From positions 121,052,033 to 121,116,032 of the forward strand of contig NC_068982.1 in NCBI RefSeq assembly GCF_001194135.2: 64,000 nt of DNA, read 5' to 3'. The DNA comes from Octopus bimaculoides. Its lineage: Eukaryota. A program made the translations under genes and the position numbers. Shown piece by piece: positions 11,270 to 22,726 of the stretch (positions are counted from its first letter, which is position 1; the number at the start of each line of letters is the position of its first letter). The notes below the pieces were generated by a model. The model saw only the letters and a list, made by a program, of their open reading frames with translations. It searched no databases and was not told the origin of the DNA.

Positions 11270-11895
11270 GCTATGATTACAGAAGATGTGAAAACTTGAA
11301 AGAAATGAAGCCAGTATGCTCTGCTGGATGGGTAATGTCAGCATGCACATGTGACACAGTGTAAATGATTTAAAAGAAAAACTGGGTATAAGAAGCATCA
11401 GACATTGAGTGCAAGAAAGAAAACTGCACTGATATGATGATGTGATGCATAAGGATGAGGACAGCTGCATAAAGAAGTGCCAATCACCTGTAGAAGGTGC
11501 AGACCCAGGAAGACGTGAAACAAAGTGGTAAGAAAGGATGTTCAGACATTGGGTCTCACTGAGGAGACGACAAGGGACTGAAACTGCAGATTTTTTGTAC
11601 TTGAAAAGACATGTCAAGCTAAGTAAAATCACAACTATCCATACATACAGACATGTTCTTTATGGCCAAGACCTCGCTCCCAGCTGAGAGGTCTTTGTCT
11701 TGTAGGTGCCAGTGCCATGTAATAGCACTCAAGTCAGTAGCATGTAAAAAGCACTCCCTGTAAAGTGGTTGGCTTTAGGAAGAGCATCCAGCCATGGAAA
11801 CCATGCCAAAACTGACAACTGAAGCTTAGACAGCTCCTGTCAAACTGTCCAACCTATGCCAGCATGGAAAACGTACGTTAAACAATGATGATTAT
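11270..11895 (+). mobile_element. 5'-truncated RTE LINE (ORF C-terminus plus 3' UTR)
   Basis: Degenerate LERNEASMLCWMGNVS...LKEKLGIRSIR...HKDEDSCIKKCQSP.VEG, then the (TGA)n-tailed UTR. Confidence 0.85.
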
Positions 11896-12149
11896 TGAAT
11901 GTCCTTTAAGATGTGATTTATGGAAAGTATGGTTGTTATTTCTAGCAGGATGAGTAACACATAGAAGTGTTTGTAAGAACAAATTATACAACGGAACCTC
12001 TACGGGGTTGCTCAACCGGCTAAAAATAACACGTCTTCCTCATATAACACTCTTCTATCTTCAAAAATAGAAGGGTATATTGGATAACCAGGAAAAAGAA
12101 ACCCATTGTCATGGTTATGGCTGGGACGCCATTCATCATGGATAACTCG

Positions 12150-12400
12150 GAGCTAGTGCAGATAGAGAAAGCTCGCATGGAAAGATAGAATTGGGTAGAA
12201 ATGGTTACTGCAGGCCTCGAGTGTGGGATATAGTAAGAGAAATGTGTCAGCTAAGTGTGATATTCAGCTAGCTAGTTCCAAGGAGTAGAAGCCACTGTAA
12301 TATAGACAGAATAGGCAATGTGATGATATAGCACGTCTGTGGGTCATACGTAAAACATTATCTATCGGATTGTCTTCTTTTAGATATGGTGTAAGACGTT
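12150..12400 (-). mobile_element. CR1/Jockey-group LINE C-terminal fragment (degenerate)
   Basis: Minus translation RAISSHCLFCLYYSGFYSLELAS resembles the SL.LFYRYY.G.CS.EL motif of CR1-group ORF2 ends. Confidence 0.45.
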
Positions 12401-12559
12401 TGTGTGTATAGTATTAGCTTCGTCTCATATTTGAGAGCAATATGGGTCTAACTTGAAGCATTTGACAGCAATTACTTTGACTTATTTGGCATTAGAGTAT
12501 TCCAAGTTGCCCTAGCATGTTTCATCTGTAGTGCATCTCTTGGATTAGAAGCAATCCTG

Positions 12560-12890
12560 TCAGGTCGCATCATGTGCTGACAGGATTCCCTTTGACTCAT
12601 TCTCCATCAACTGTAATGTTCCACAAAGTTTGGTCATGTCTCTAACAATTTTCCTCCTGGACATTAACGACCTGTTTGCAACCGTCTCAAACAATTCCCA
12701 CTGCTATAGAAATACCACTTTTCACTCACTTTCCACACACATTCTCTACCCACAGCATAGACATCGTGTGCTGAATCCACAAAATTACTATATGAAGAGA
12801 ATTCTCAAAAACACCTTTCAGTGTGTACAATAGTCTTTCAACAACGGTGGAGAGCAGAATTGGCAATGCCATAGAATGTTTTAGAGTGTG
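12560..12890 (+). mobile_element. CR1/Jockey-group reverse transcriptase fragment
   Basis: IPFDSFSINCNVPQSLVMSLTIFLLDINDL is a decayed INSGVPQGSVLSPTLFLLFINDL RT motif. Confidence 0.65.
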
Positions 12891-13217
12891 TAGTCTCCCT
12901 TTATTATCTGAAATATACCAAAACCGAATGCCTTTTATTCCTGTATAGGTAAAGTACTGAAGGCGATTTAATAGTCTGTTCCCATTTCTTAAAATAGATT
13001 AACTTCGTACCAATTTTAGATATCATTTTTAATGTTGGGTTCCCGGAGTCGATTTTGCCTTTCATCATTATATTGCCAATAAAATATGTAGCCGATATAT
13101 ATAAAACTGCTCCCTCCCTTAAAATTAATGGCAATATCAGTGCTAGTGTCAAATTCCTATGATAATGTCCGTTTATTGTCACCCACTAGAATAAAGGGTA
13201 AAGATAAACAGAAATTG

Positions 13218-13443
13218 GGTACTACTAAAGCAGAGCGGACCCGAACGCGCAGTCGCGCGTCCGCGCTAGCTAGTCTTGAGTGGTCGATCCTAACCCTAAC
13301 CATAAACCCTAACCCTATCCCTAACCCGCGTGTGCAAATGAATACGTGTTTAGGGTTAGGGTTAGGGTTAGGATCGACCACTCACGACTAGCTAGCGCGG
13401 ACGCGCGACTGCGCGTTCGGGTCCGCGCTGCTTTAGTAGTACC
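13218..13443. mobile_element. Foldback MITE with 84-bp TIRs, internal telomeric (CCCTAA/TTAGGG) repeats and 9-bp TSD
   Basis: TIRs GGTACTACTAAAGCAG...TCCTAACCCTAACC differ at 2 positions; TSD CAGAAATTG at 13209-13217 and 13444-13452. Confidence 0.92.
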
Positions 13444-13601
13444 CAGAAATTGTTCTCTTTCCTAAAATATAAATTGATAATAAATCAAATATAAAATTGA
13501 GGCATTTCCTAACATCAATTATGTCCTTCTCCACCTTTAGCCTTTTTAGGTGAAACTAAAATGTGACAAATATACCACGAGTGAACCCCGATTTATACAC
13601 A

Positions 13602-13647
<46 letters not shown>

Positions 13648-14149
13648 AAGTCACTCAGGCGCTTAGCTGTTAAAAACATCTCCACACCAGGTGTATGCAT
13701 AAATATGTACATGTGTCAATTGTATACACGAGCCTGAACGGATACAAGCACTTAGTGAAATACACGCTTTTGAGTGACATGCGTGTCGTGTGTGTGTATG
13801 CATATAAAACATATATTTACACATGTTATGTCTATGTACGTAAAAGAAATGAATTATGTGCATTTATGTACGTACTTAAAAGCGTATGCTTTTTTCTTTT
13901 GCAGGTGTCGATTATCTTTGTATATGTGAAAAGATATTACATTCCAGTGAGTTAAATATATGTGTATGTCTAGATACACGAGAAGAGTGTATTTATTACA
14001 TACACTTCCCAAAAGCATTTAGTGTATGCAATATTCTAGTTGTGAATCCAAAGCGGGAAGTATGGCAGCAGGACTTAGAAGCGATCACCATCGGAAAAAA
14101 AAAGTAATCGCTTTTGACAGAGCAAGACAAATACATACAATAGCACCAG

Positions 14150-14300
14150 TGAAATGGACCAATGAAACAACGCCATTCAATCACTGCTGTTGACATCTAC
14201 TCAATAGTAAGACGTTTTACTAGCACCAATCAGCGAGGTCTACTAAATCACATGATCACCGACCGTCGTTGCGCGCGTTCACTCTCCCTCACTCTCTTTT
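14150..14300 (+). promoter_or_regulatory. Probable FNIP core promoter
   Basis: CCAAT at 14159-14163 and CCAATCAG at 14226-14233; TCACATGA (reverse of the MiT/TFE M-box TCATGTGA) at 14248-14255; a CpG-rich stretch (CCGACCGTCGTTGCGCGCG), then a long CT-rich leader ending at the exon-1 ATG. The TSS is not determinable. Confidence 0.55.
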
Positions 14301-15098
14301 CTACACCCTCTTTCACATTTATGTATTTTTCGGTTTTACCCTCACTCACACTCTGTCAGAGTTTCTCTATATTTCTTATTTCCACTTTCTTTCTCATTTG
14401 TTGTTTCTCTCTTTCATCACTTTTATCTCCTCTTCCCCCCCTCCGTATCTACTCCTCCTCCTCCAACTGTTAGTCTTGTAATTCAGACATGGCTGGTTTG
14501 TTTTGTTTTTCTTCTATTGCTTCACTACGACATCCGCATATCTCTCTCTTAGTTTGTCTTCATTCTTATGTGTAAACCGCAGTTTGTCGGTACTACATTC
14601 TCTAAGTACTTCACCCCTCCACACTCAGTTTTCTAACTATCTATTTGTTTTTGTGGAATAACACCATCAACATTTCCAACGGGGAAAAACAGAGACAGTG
14701 CACTTTACAATCAACGACCACAGAGCTGGCTTATCAAACACTGTAGTAACTGTTATTAGAAACTAGTACTAGTTTTCTTGCCTTCCCCACCACTCTTTAC
14801 TACTGTTATCAGTACTAGTTTTCTAACCCCTGCTCTTTGCTACTGTTATTCATATTTCCTCTCATACACACACACATATATATCTTTTTAAATATACACT
14901 ACACCACACGGATATGACTCCAGTTTCACCGCCATAACAAAAACACAAGCAGCAAGCAAACAACATCCACACATCAACAACGTATATATATATATATATC
15001 AATAACTATAGTACAATAGCTGGTTCGCCCATCTATTATTTTCCCTTTATATACACACCTCTTGTACGTTCCTAACGACACCAATTCACAATCACAAC

Positions 15099-15181
15099 AT
15101 GCCCTTCCTCAATAGGTTATTCCAGAGTAAAAGGGCCAGAAATTACAACAGTAAACCTACAATTCCGGAGCCAAAAAAGCC
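15099..15181 (+). CDS. FNIP1: Folliculin-interacting protein (FNIP1/FNIP2 family), coding exon 1: MPFLNRLFQSKRARNYNSKPTIPEPKK(P)
   Basis: ATG in ACAACATGC context; 83 nt ending CC|GTAAGT (strong donor, phase 2), complementing the one-base overhang of exon 2. The N-terminus resembles vertebrate MAPTLFQKLFSKR (recalled). Confidence 0.8.
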
Positions 15182-15297
15182 GTAAGTAGAACATTTTGCA
15201 ATGAAAACAACCAAATTGTTTTTCTTTTTTTCATCTGTTCGGATTGATTATTTGACGCATGTCTGTTCTTTCACTACAGCTACTCTCCCCCAGCCCT

Positions 15298-15348
<51 letters not shown>

Positions 15349-17264
15349 NNNNNNNNNNTTATGGGAGTACCTTAGGTTTCCTGTCCATAACGGGTTTAGC
15401 TTTATGGCGTATCGTCAGATCCTCAAGACCTGTTGGCCCATGACCTTATGTGTGTAATGTTTCGTATGACTAGTATGCTTATATGAGTGTATTCCTCTAC
15501 GTATGTGTGTGTATAAACACAAACAATGCACGCACATATATGTATATGTATACACACGTGTGTTGATTGAACACGATGCTACCAACTCATCTTTGTTGTT
15601 CTTTCTTACACAATATTGTTTCCCGAGACCAACTTTATTTTGCTTTAATTTTTAGTGTTGTAATAATCATTAATATTTGACTTGATACATAACTTTAATA
15701 AAATTCATTCAGGTCATTTATGTATTGTCAACGAGGGAACTCTAAGTGGTCAATCGATTTCCTAAAATAGTAGCAAAATTTCACTGGGATCAAACCTACT
15801 ATCTTAAAAAACGGTATGACATATTGGATGTACTGTGCCTAAATAAAGATAGTGTGGTCCTGGTTGGAACGCATTTGAGCAGAAGTTTGCTCACCAGTGC
15901 GAACTATATGATAAAGAGTAACTCTCAGCAATATTGGGGTTCAGTTTCAGAATTAGTTATTTTCTAACATCTGAAAAAATGTGCCGGAAGAAATCGATCT
16001 CCACGTTATTGGTAGAATTTTTTTTTTTTACTATAGAGTAAGGTTTGTGTCATACTATGTAAGTTTTTGCTTTCACTGGGTCACTGACCTATGTTTAGAC
16101 TAAGTATGTTAACATTATGTAAAGTCTGTGCTACAGTAGGTCAATATGGAATAATAGTAGATTAATATCGAAAAGAGATCCTTCCTGCACAAGAGGTAAC
16201 ATTAAGGAAGATTTTTACTGCAGTAAGATGTCACAATGAGGTTATATTTAGCAATGACTGTGTCACTGGAGCATTGATCTGGAAATGTTTTCCCTGTTAG
16301 GCACATATACGAAGCTTTAGTCATCGTACTTGATAATAGAGCAAATTAATGAGATATACCCACGTTAGATACATATAAATGATTTTTTTTTAAGTTGCGT
16401 ATTTTCGAGAAATGAAATAGCTAAGAGTACATTTGAGACCGGGAAAAATTGATTGCGTGTTTACTGCAAGTATTTCCGAGGATCAGAATTAACTCGGCTT
16501 GGATCCAGTTCCTGTGAGTTTCCAAATATCCTCGATTCAACAAGAACAGATTAATAACCTTAGAGCAAACCGATTACCCATCAAAATAACACAGCTACGT
16601 TGCATTATTGACGAATTCACATTTAAATTATTCGTTTGGTTTAAAGAAAAAACCGTCCAGATCTCCCTTACAAATTGGATATTATGTTGTCTGATACTGT
16701 CGGGAAAAAAATGCCGCAGTGGTCACAGTTACAGCTCATTGGAGCTAAGGAATAAGTACAAAAGCAAAATAAAAAATCTTCCCGAAAGAAACAGGAAGAA
16801 AAGAAATATTGAAACCTACGTGTAAATCGAACTTACTTTGTGTAGTTAAACTCTCACTGACTAATGTTTTTTTTATCACAATTTGTGTCTATAGCTTGAG
16901 ACAGAAATTGTAGTTATATGCCTCCTCAACCTCCTATCATCCCGAAGTTGTAATGTTTACATTACGTATATCAGTAGTGACGGGGCTTATTGTGGGAGAG
17001 GGATTTATTGAGTTCTAGGGGACGTTTGTATGTGTGCAGTTGAGTGGGCTTAGGTTATTCCTACTGCTAAATATTGTCATCAGGCGCGAGACACGTGATA
17101 ATGTTTATAGAATCTATTTTATTTATTTATTATATAACACTTCGAAACGCATTGGGAGTGGGGGCGTCAGTCTTTGATTTGTGCGTTGATGAAACGTGGC
17201 TCAAATTAAAAGCTGCTAACTAATTTTGGAGCGTTTGATATGATGAAATATTTGCATTACATAT

Positions 17265-17480
17265 AATTTTGTTGTTGTAGAACTAAATCTGCTCTGACCG
17301 AACACAACTAAGCTTAGATCCTAGGTTTGCCCATTGAGATTCTAAGGCACGCATCCCATGACTGCCCGTCTTTTTTTCCTCAGTAGTAGTGTATCTGGGA
17401 CTACTTTAACCAACATTGATCTTCCTTTTTTATTTTAAGATTGCGTATGATTTGAAGGAAATTTGACTGCTATTTCTACT
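17265..17480 (-). repeat. Uncharacterised dispersed repeat family F (related copies ~1760-1930, ~11990-12140, ~23130-23310, ~45430-45550, ~50290-50470)
   Basis: Shared blocks TAGAAATAGCAG.CAAAT...TTGGATAATGTAGTC.CAGATA and a (CAA)n-like end; boundaries approximate. Confidence 0.5.
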
Positions 17481-19319
17481 ATTTCTACTAGTCCCTCGTT
17501 CTCTTGCTAGTCCATAAATATATAATATACCCTCTCTATTGACAGATATACGAGTGCATTTTTTTCTGCCTTAAGGACTCTTAGNNNNNNNNNNNNNNNN
17601 NNNNNNNNNNNNNNNNNNNNNNNNNNNNNNNNNNNNNNNNNNNNNNNNNNNNNNNNNNNNNNNNNNNNNNNNNNNNNNNNNNNNNNNNNNNNNNNNNNNN
17701 NNNNNNNNNNNNNNNNNNNNNNNNNNNNNNNNNNNNNNNNNNNNNNNNNNNNNNNNNNNNNNNNNNNNNNNNNNNNNNNNNNNNNNNNNNNNNNNNNNNN
17801 NNNNNNNNNNNNNNNNNNNNNNNNNNNNNNNNNNNNNNNNNNNNNNNNNNNNNNNNNNNNNNNNNNNNNNNNNNNNNNNNNNNNNNNNNNNNNNNNNNNN
17901 NNNNNNNNNNNNNNNNNNNNNNNNNNNNNNNNNNNNNNNNNNNNNNNNNNNNNNNNNNNNNNNAATTTTTCCAAAATTTAATTGTTTTCCATACTTACAG
18001 TTGAAAAAGTTTCAATGACCGAAACTGGTACTGAAATATTTTTTATAAAATTATTTTGGCATTTTCTACCTTGACTTTTTTTTCCATATATATCAACTCG
18101 TGTGTTCCTTTTCAACCTTCTACATATATATATATATATATATACGCACATATACATACATACATACATATTTGTGTGTTGGGTGGGGGTTGTAGGCGAA
18201 GACTAAAAACTCGGAATCTTTTCAGTTTGACACAGGTTCGATGGGTTTGAAAATTTCTGCACGTATGTAGTTTTTCATGCTGTGTCAGGCCGAAACGATC
18301 CGTAGTTTGGTTTCACGAAAACTGTGCGCATATTTTTATTAATCAACTCTGGCATCTTTGTACCAGGTAACTGTAGCCCACGAATTGTGCTGAGCATGGG
18401 TAATACATATACATGTACACTATATATATATAGATGTGTGTGTGTGTTGAAAAGGTTAGGCGAATGGGTGTGTGTGAATATGTGTGTTGATCGTTGTATG
18501 ATGTCTGATAAAAAGCATACTGATATATCATGTGTGTGTGACTCAGCGCACATGTGAAACACTGTTTATGTATACGTACATATGTGTGTGACGTGTGACT
18601 CAACAAGTAGATGTGTGTGTGTGTGTGAGAGAGAGAAAGAGAAAGAGAGAGTCCTGTGACCGCCAATATCAGCATGCTACGAACACCACTTTGGTCCGTG
18701 TGTGGGTGTGTGTAGAGAGAGCGTAGGGAGGAATTCCTGGGCGGTCGTATCATTGAGACGTCGGTTACCATAGCAGCAACAGCAGCAGCTTCTTGCAAGA
18801 CCAGACAGCTCTGTCTCTTTAATCAGTCTATCATTTCGACAATATTTCTATATCTCACATTATCTTCCACGCATCTATATATTTCTCTCTTCTACATCAT
18901 CTCTATCCTCCCTCTATTTCTCTATACATTATCTCCTTTTCTCAGCGTATTCATATTCTACCCGCTACTTTCTCGTCTAGACATCTCCACCCTATCTCTC
19001 TCTCCATGGTTACATAAGTGAATACAAATCGCCTCTCTTCTATCACTTCCTACTGCCAGTACTCTCCCACAGTTCTACTACGTCTTGTGATCATTGGAAA
19101 AACTCACTTTTTACTCTAGTGCTGTCTCACTAATTTTTTTTTTTTTTAGCAATTTCTGTAGAATCTCCCCCCCACCCGCAATGCGGTGGAGTGGCAAAAA
19201 CGGTTGAACTAATTACTTTGATTTGAGTTCAAATCTTGCTTTTCATCACCATAATGTTGATTTAATCGACGATCCCACCCATAAATATGTAACCTTATGC
19301 CTGTCTTAGGAAACAACAT

Positions 19320-19404
<85 letters not shown>

Positions 19405-20819
19405 TGCATGCATGCATACATACATACATATGTACATACATACACTCCTAAATCCCTCCCATAAATTTGAGGGCTTATGCCCTATATTTGAAATTACCAC
19501 TTCAAACTGCATCTAGGTCTGCCTGTTATCCTTTTGGGTTTGATAAAGTACCTGTCAAGTATTGAAGTCTGTATTGACTAACCTCTCTCACTACTCAAAA
19601 TTGCTGACGTTATGCTTTAGTGTGTTTTTTTTCTGGTTCTTTATATTCTGAGTTCAAATCCCACCAAGTTCACTTTTGCTTTTATTCTTTCAGATTCAAT
19701 AAAATAAAGTATCAATCAAGTATTGGGGTTGATGTTATAGACTTACCCCTTCTCATCAAAATTTCCTACCTTTTCCCAAAATTAGGAAGAATTATTAAGT
19801 GGGCTGTTTTTCTGAACTCTCCTCATTCTTCACATACCAAAAGATACAGGAATAAACAATGTGATAAACCCCACTCAAATTGGACTCAGTATTCATATGA
19901 ATGAATAGGAACAACCCTAATGGAAAGTTTCAGTGAAGATTTTTAACACTTTATTAAGTCAGTTAAATTATCTGAAACACATATGTAGAATAATGAGAGA
20001 GTTCGTAGGTTCATGAAGATAAGAATGAATTTACTGAAGAACTCACTAAATCTGAGCTTGAAGACAGTTGAGGTCTTCACTCTCTTAACAAACCACCATC
20101 AAAGATCACCAGACAGTTGCTAAACTAAAACAGATTTCTCAAAATAACTAATAAATAAAATGAAAACAAGACAACAAAGGCATTCAATCTGCTATAAATA
20201 ACCATCAAAATTCAGGCATTGCCAGTGAAATCCAACCACAGCAACATTTAATTCTCAAAACAAAAGAGATTTCAGTATTCAAGAAGTTCCTAATATCAAA
20301 AACTAATGTTGCACTGTATGAGGAGTAGGTTTTACTGAAAATTAGCCAAATAGGGAGTGTTTATGTGGTCACACAACTTCCAAAAAATAACAACCAAATC
20401 ACTTCAGCTCTGATCCAGTGGTTACAGCTCTAACACATCCTTATCAATCAGGTGGCATGGAGGGTCTAAACAAAAGCAGCACCAACAACTAGAAAGATAA
20501 GTGTAGGACAGAAATGTCTAGTGATTCCATGTTGGTGGTGGCATATTCCCCAGAGTGAGTTGTTGGCAATAAAATAAAGATCTATGTGGTGTCCCATTCT
20601 TGGAAAATTTACTTCTGGAAGAAGGCCATATGTCTGGCATCAATACATAGGAAGCAGTCAGACTTTTTGATAGACTTTTTACTATATATGAGTGGGTACT
20701 GTCTGTGATGAGAGCATATTACCTGTGCAAAAGTGTATTTACATATACATTCATATACAAACATATTTATTTACATATATGTATGTGTTTACATAATGCA
20801 TTTATATATATATATATAT

Positions 20820-20968
20820 ATCATCATCATCACAGTTTAACGTCCGCTTTCCATGCTAGCATGGGTTGGACGTTTTGACTGAGGACTGGTGAAACCAGAT
20901 GGCTACACCAGGCTCCAATCTGATTTGGCAGAGTTTCTACAGCTGGATGCCCTTCCTAACACCAACCA
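20820..20968 (-). mobile_element. RTE 3' UTR-type repeat
   Basis: (CAT)n then TTTAACGTCCGCTTTCCATGCTAGCATGGGTTGGACG...GGATGCCCTTCCTAACACCAACCA. Confidence 0.85.
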
Positions 20969-20994
20969 GTATATATATATATGTGTGTGTGTAT

Positions 20995-21425
20995 ATGGAG
21001 GGTACCTGTGGAAGGGGTAGACTCAGGAAGATATGAGATGAAGTGATGAGAAAAGATCTTTGGATGCTGGGCCTCATTGAAGAAATGACAAGGAACCAGG
21101 AAATGTGGCAATTTGCTGGACTTGATAAGATGCATCAAGCTAATTAAAATTGCTGTCTTCCTTACATACAGTCTTGTTCTTTTAGGTGCCGGTACCACAT
21201 AAAAGCATCCATGCCAGTGCTGCACAGATGTACCCATACCAGTGCTGCGTAAACACACCCATGCCGGTGGCATGTAAAATGCACACTCTGTTAAGTGGTT
21301 GGTGTTAGAAAGGGCATCCAACCATAGAAACCATGCCACAATAGACAGTTGGAGTCTGGACAACCAGCTCTATGTCAAACCATCCAACCTATGCTAGCAT
21401 GGAAAGTGGGCATTAAACGATGATG
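20995..21425 (+). mobile_element. 5'-truncated RTE LINE
   Basis: EGTCGRGRLRKI*DEVMRKDLWMLGLIEEMT followed by the UTR and GATGAT tail. Confidence 0.85.
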
Positions 21426-22086
21426 TATGTATTTATGCATGTGGATATGTGGAAATATGTCTTTTTGAGTATATCTGTGTGTGTGTATGCATGTATACAT
21501 ACAGATATATGTGTGTGTATCTGTGCATACATATAGTCCACTATATGGACTTGTGACATATTGTTTAACGCCCAGTGATGATGATATCTCACATATCCTT
21601 GTGAGTGTCTGTGCATATCATTGTTTCATTTCAGCTCTCCATGCTGAATTGGACAATTTGATAAGGTTCACCAGGTTAGAGGACATTGTCTTGCTCCTGT
21701 GTTTCAGTTTTGGTATGATTTTGACTGGTAGGTGCCCTAATCCTTTTGATTGTTTGGACATATAGTAAAGAAAGAAATGGCTTTATGTTAAAGGATAATA
21801 GAGGGAACAGGAATGGGTTGTAGGGGAAATACATGGCTATCCTGCTTTATATATAGATAGGGCGGGATGATTGGAATGGATACAAAGTGATAAAGATGGT
21901 GGTGATATGGTGTTAGAATGCCACAAGAAGGTGGATGAAAGAGAGTGTGAGAAAGGGTGGGTGGGTAAAGGTTGCAAGAGTGTCTGAAGAGAATGTAAGT
22001 TGTTTAGAGATAGTGGCACAGGAGAGAGGAAGTGATGACTGGCAGTACAGAAATGGTGTAGAACAGCAGCATAATACAGCAGATTT

Positions 22087-22244
22087 GGTAATTTTTCAGA
22101 TTAACACCCGCACGATCTTCACTAGGGTTTTGGGGTTAGGGTTAGGGTTTTAGGGTTTGGGTTAGGGAATTCCGTCCCTGACCCTAAAACCCTAACCCTA
22201 ACACCCTAGTGAAGATCGTGCGGGTGTTAATCTGAAAAATTACC
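22087..22244. mobile_element. Second foldback MITE with perfect 42-bp TIRs, internal TTAGGG/CCCTAA repeats and 8-bp TSD
   Basis: TIR GGTAATTTTTCAGATTAACACCCGCACGATCTTCACTAGGGT; TSD GCAGATTT at 22079-22086 and 22245-22252. Confidence 0.92.
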
Positions 22245-22508
22245 GCAGATTTGAAGGGATGAAAGATGTGGAGATAAAAGATGGAGGTGGGTACGTAATG
22301 ATTGCAAGGAGTGTGGAGTTAGATCGAGGTGATAGAGTTCGAGACGTGAGAGTGAATGTGTGGCAAACAAATATAGTGGGTTGTTGATGGTAGGTGCGAA
22401 TGTTAGTAGGAAATGACTTGACAGAAGGAATGATGACTGGCAGCTCTTAAAAGTCGTATGTGGAAAACATGAATAGATGGCAGGGTATTGTTAAGAATGA
22501 GCCATATA

Positions 22509-22726
22509 CGAGGGAGTGCTGAAAACTTGCTTGCTTTGGGTAAAAGAAAATTCAGGCGGATCAGTTAATTATGATTTTACTCAACATATTTCACTCTCAG
22601 ATTCACACAGTTATTGCAGTAGTCTTTCAGTTTTTCTAAGCCCTGTAAAAAGAACTCAGAAGGTTGGGCCTCCAACTAGGCCTTTTGCGACACCATTAAA
22701 GCCAGGAACTTTTCAGCACCCCTTCG
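22509..22726 (-). mobile_element. Mariner-derived MITE
   Basis: TA|CGAGGGAGTGCTGAAAA ... TTTTCAGCACCCCTTCG terminal inverted repeats. The minus strand retains a decayed transposase end of the ...CNNCVNLR.EYVE* type. Confidence 0.75.

Noticed and set aside
16400-16840. Unique-looking sequence with a 108-aa + ORF and a minus-strand GTAAGT
   Set aside because: No homology, no matching acceptor or start; cannot support an antisense or nested gene.
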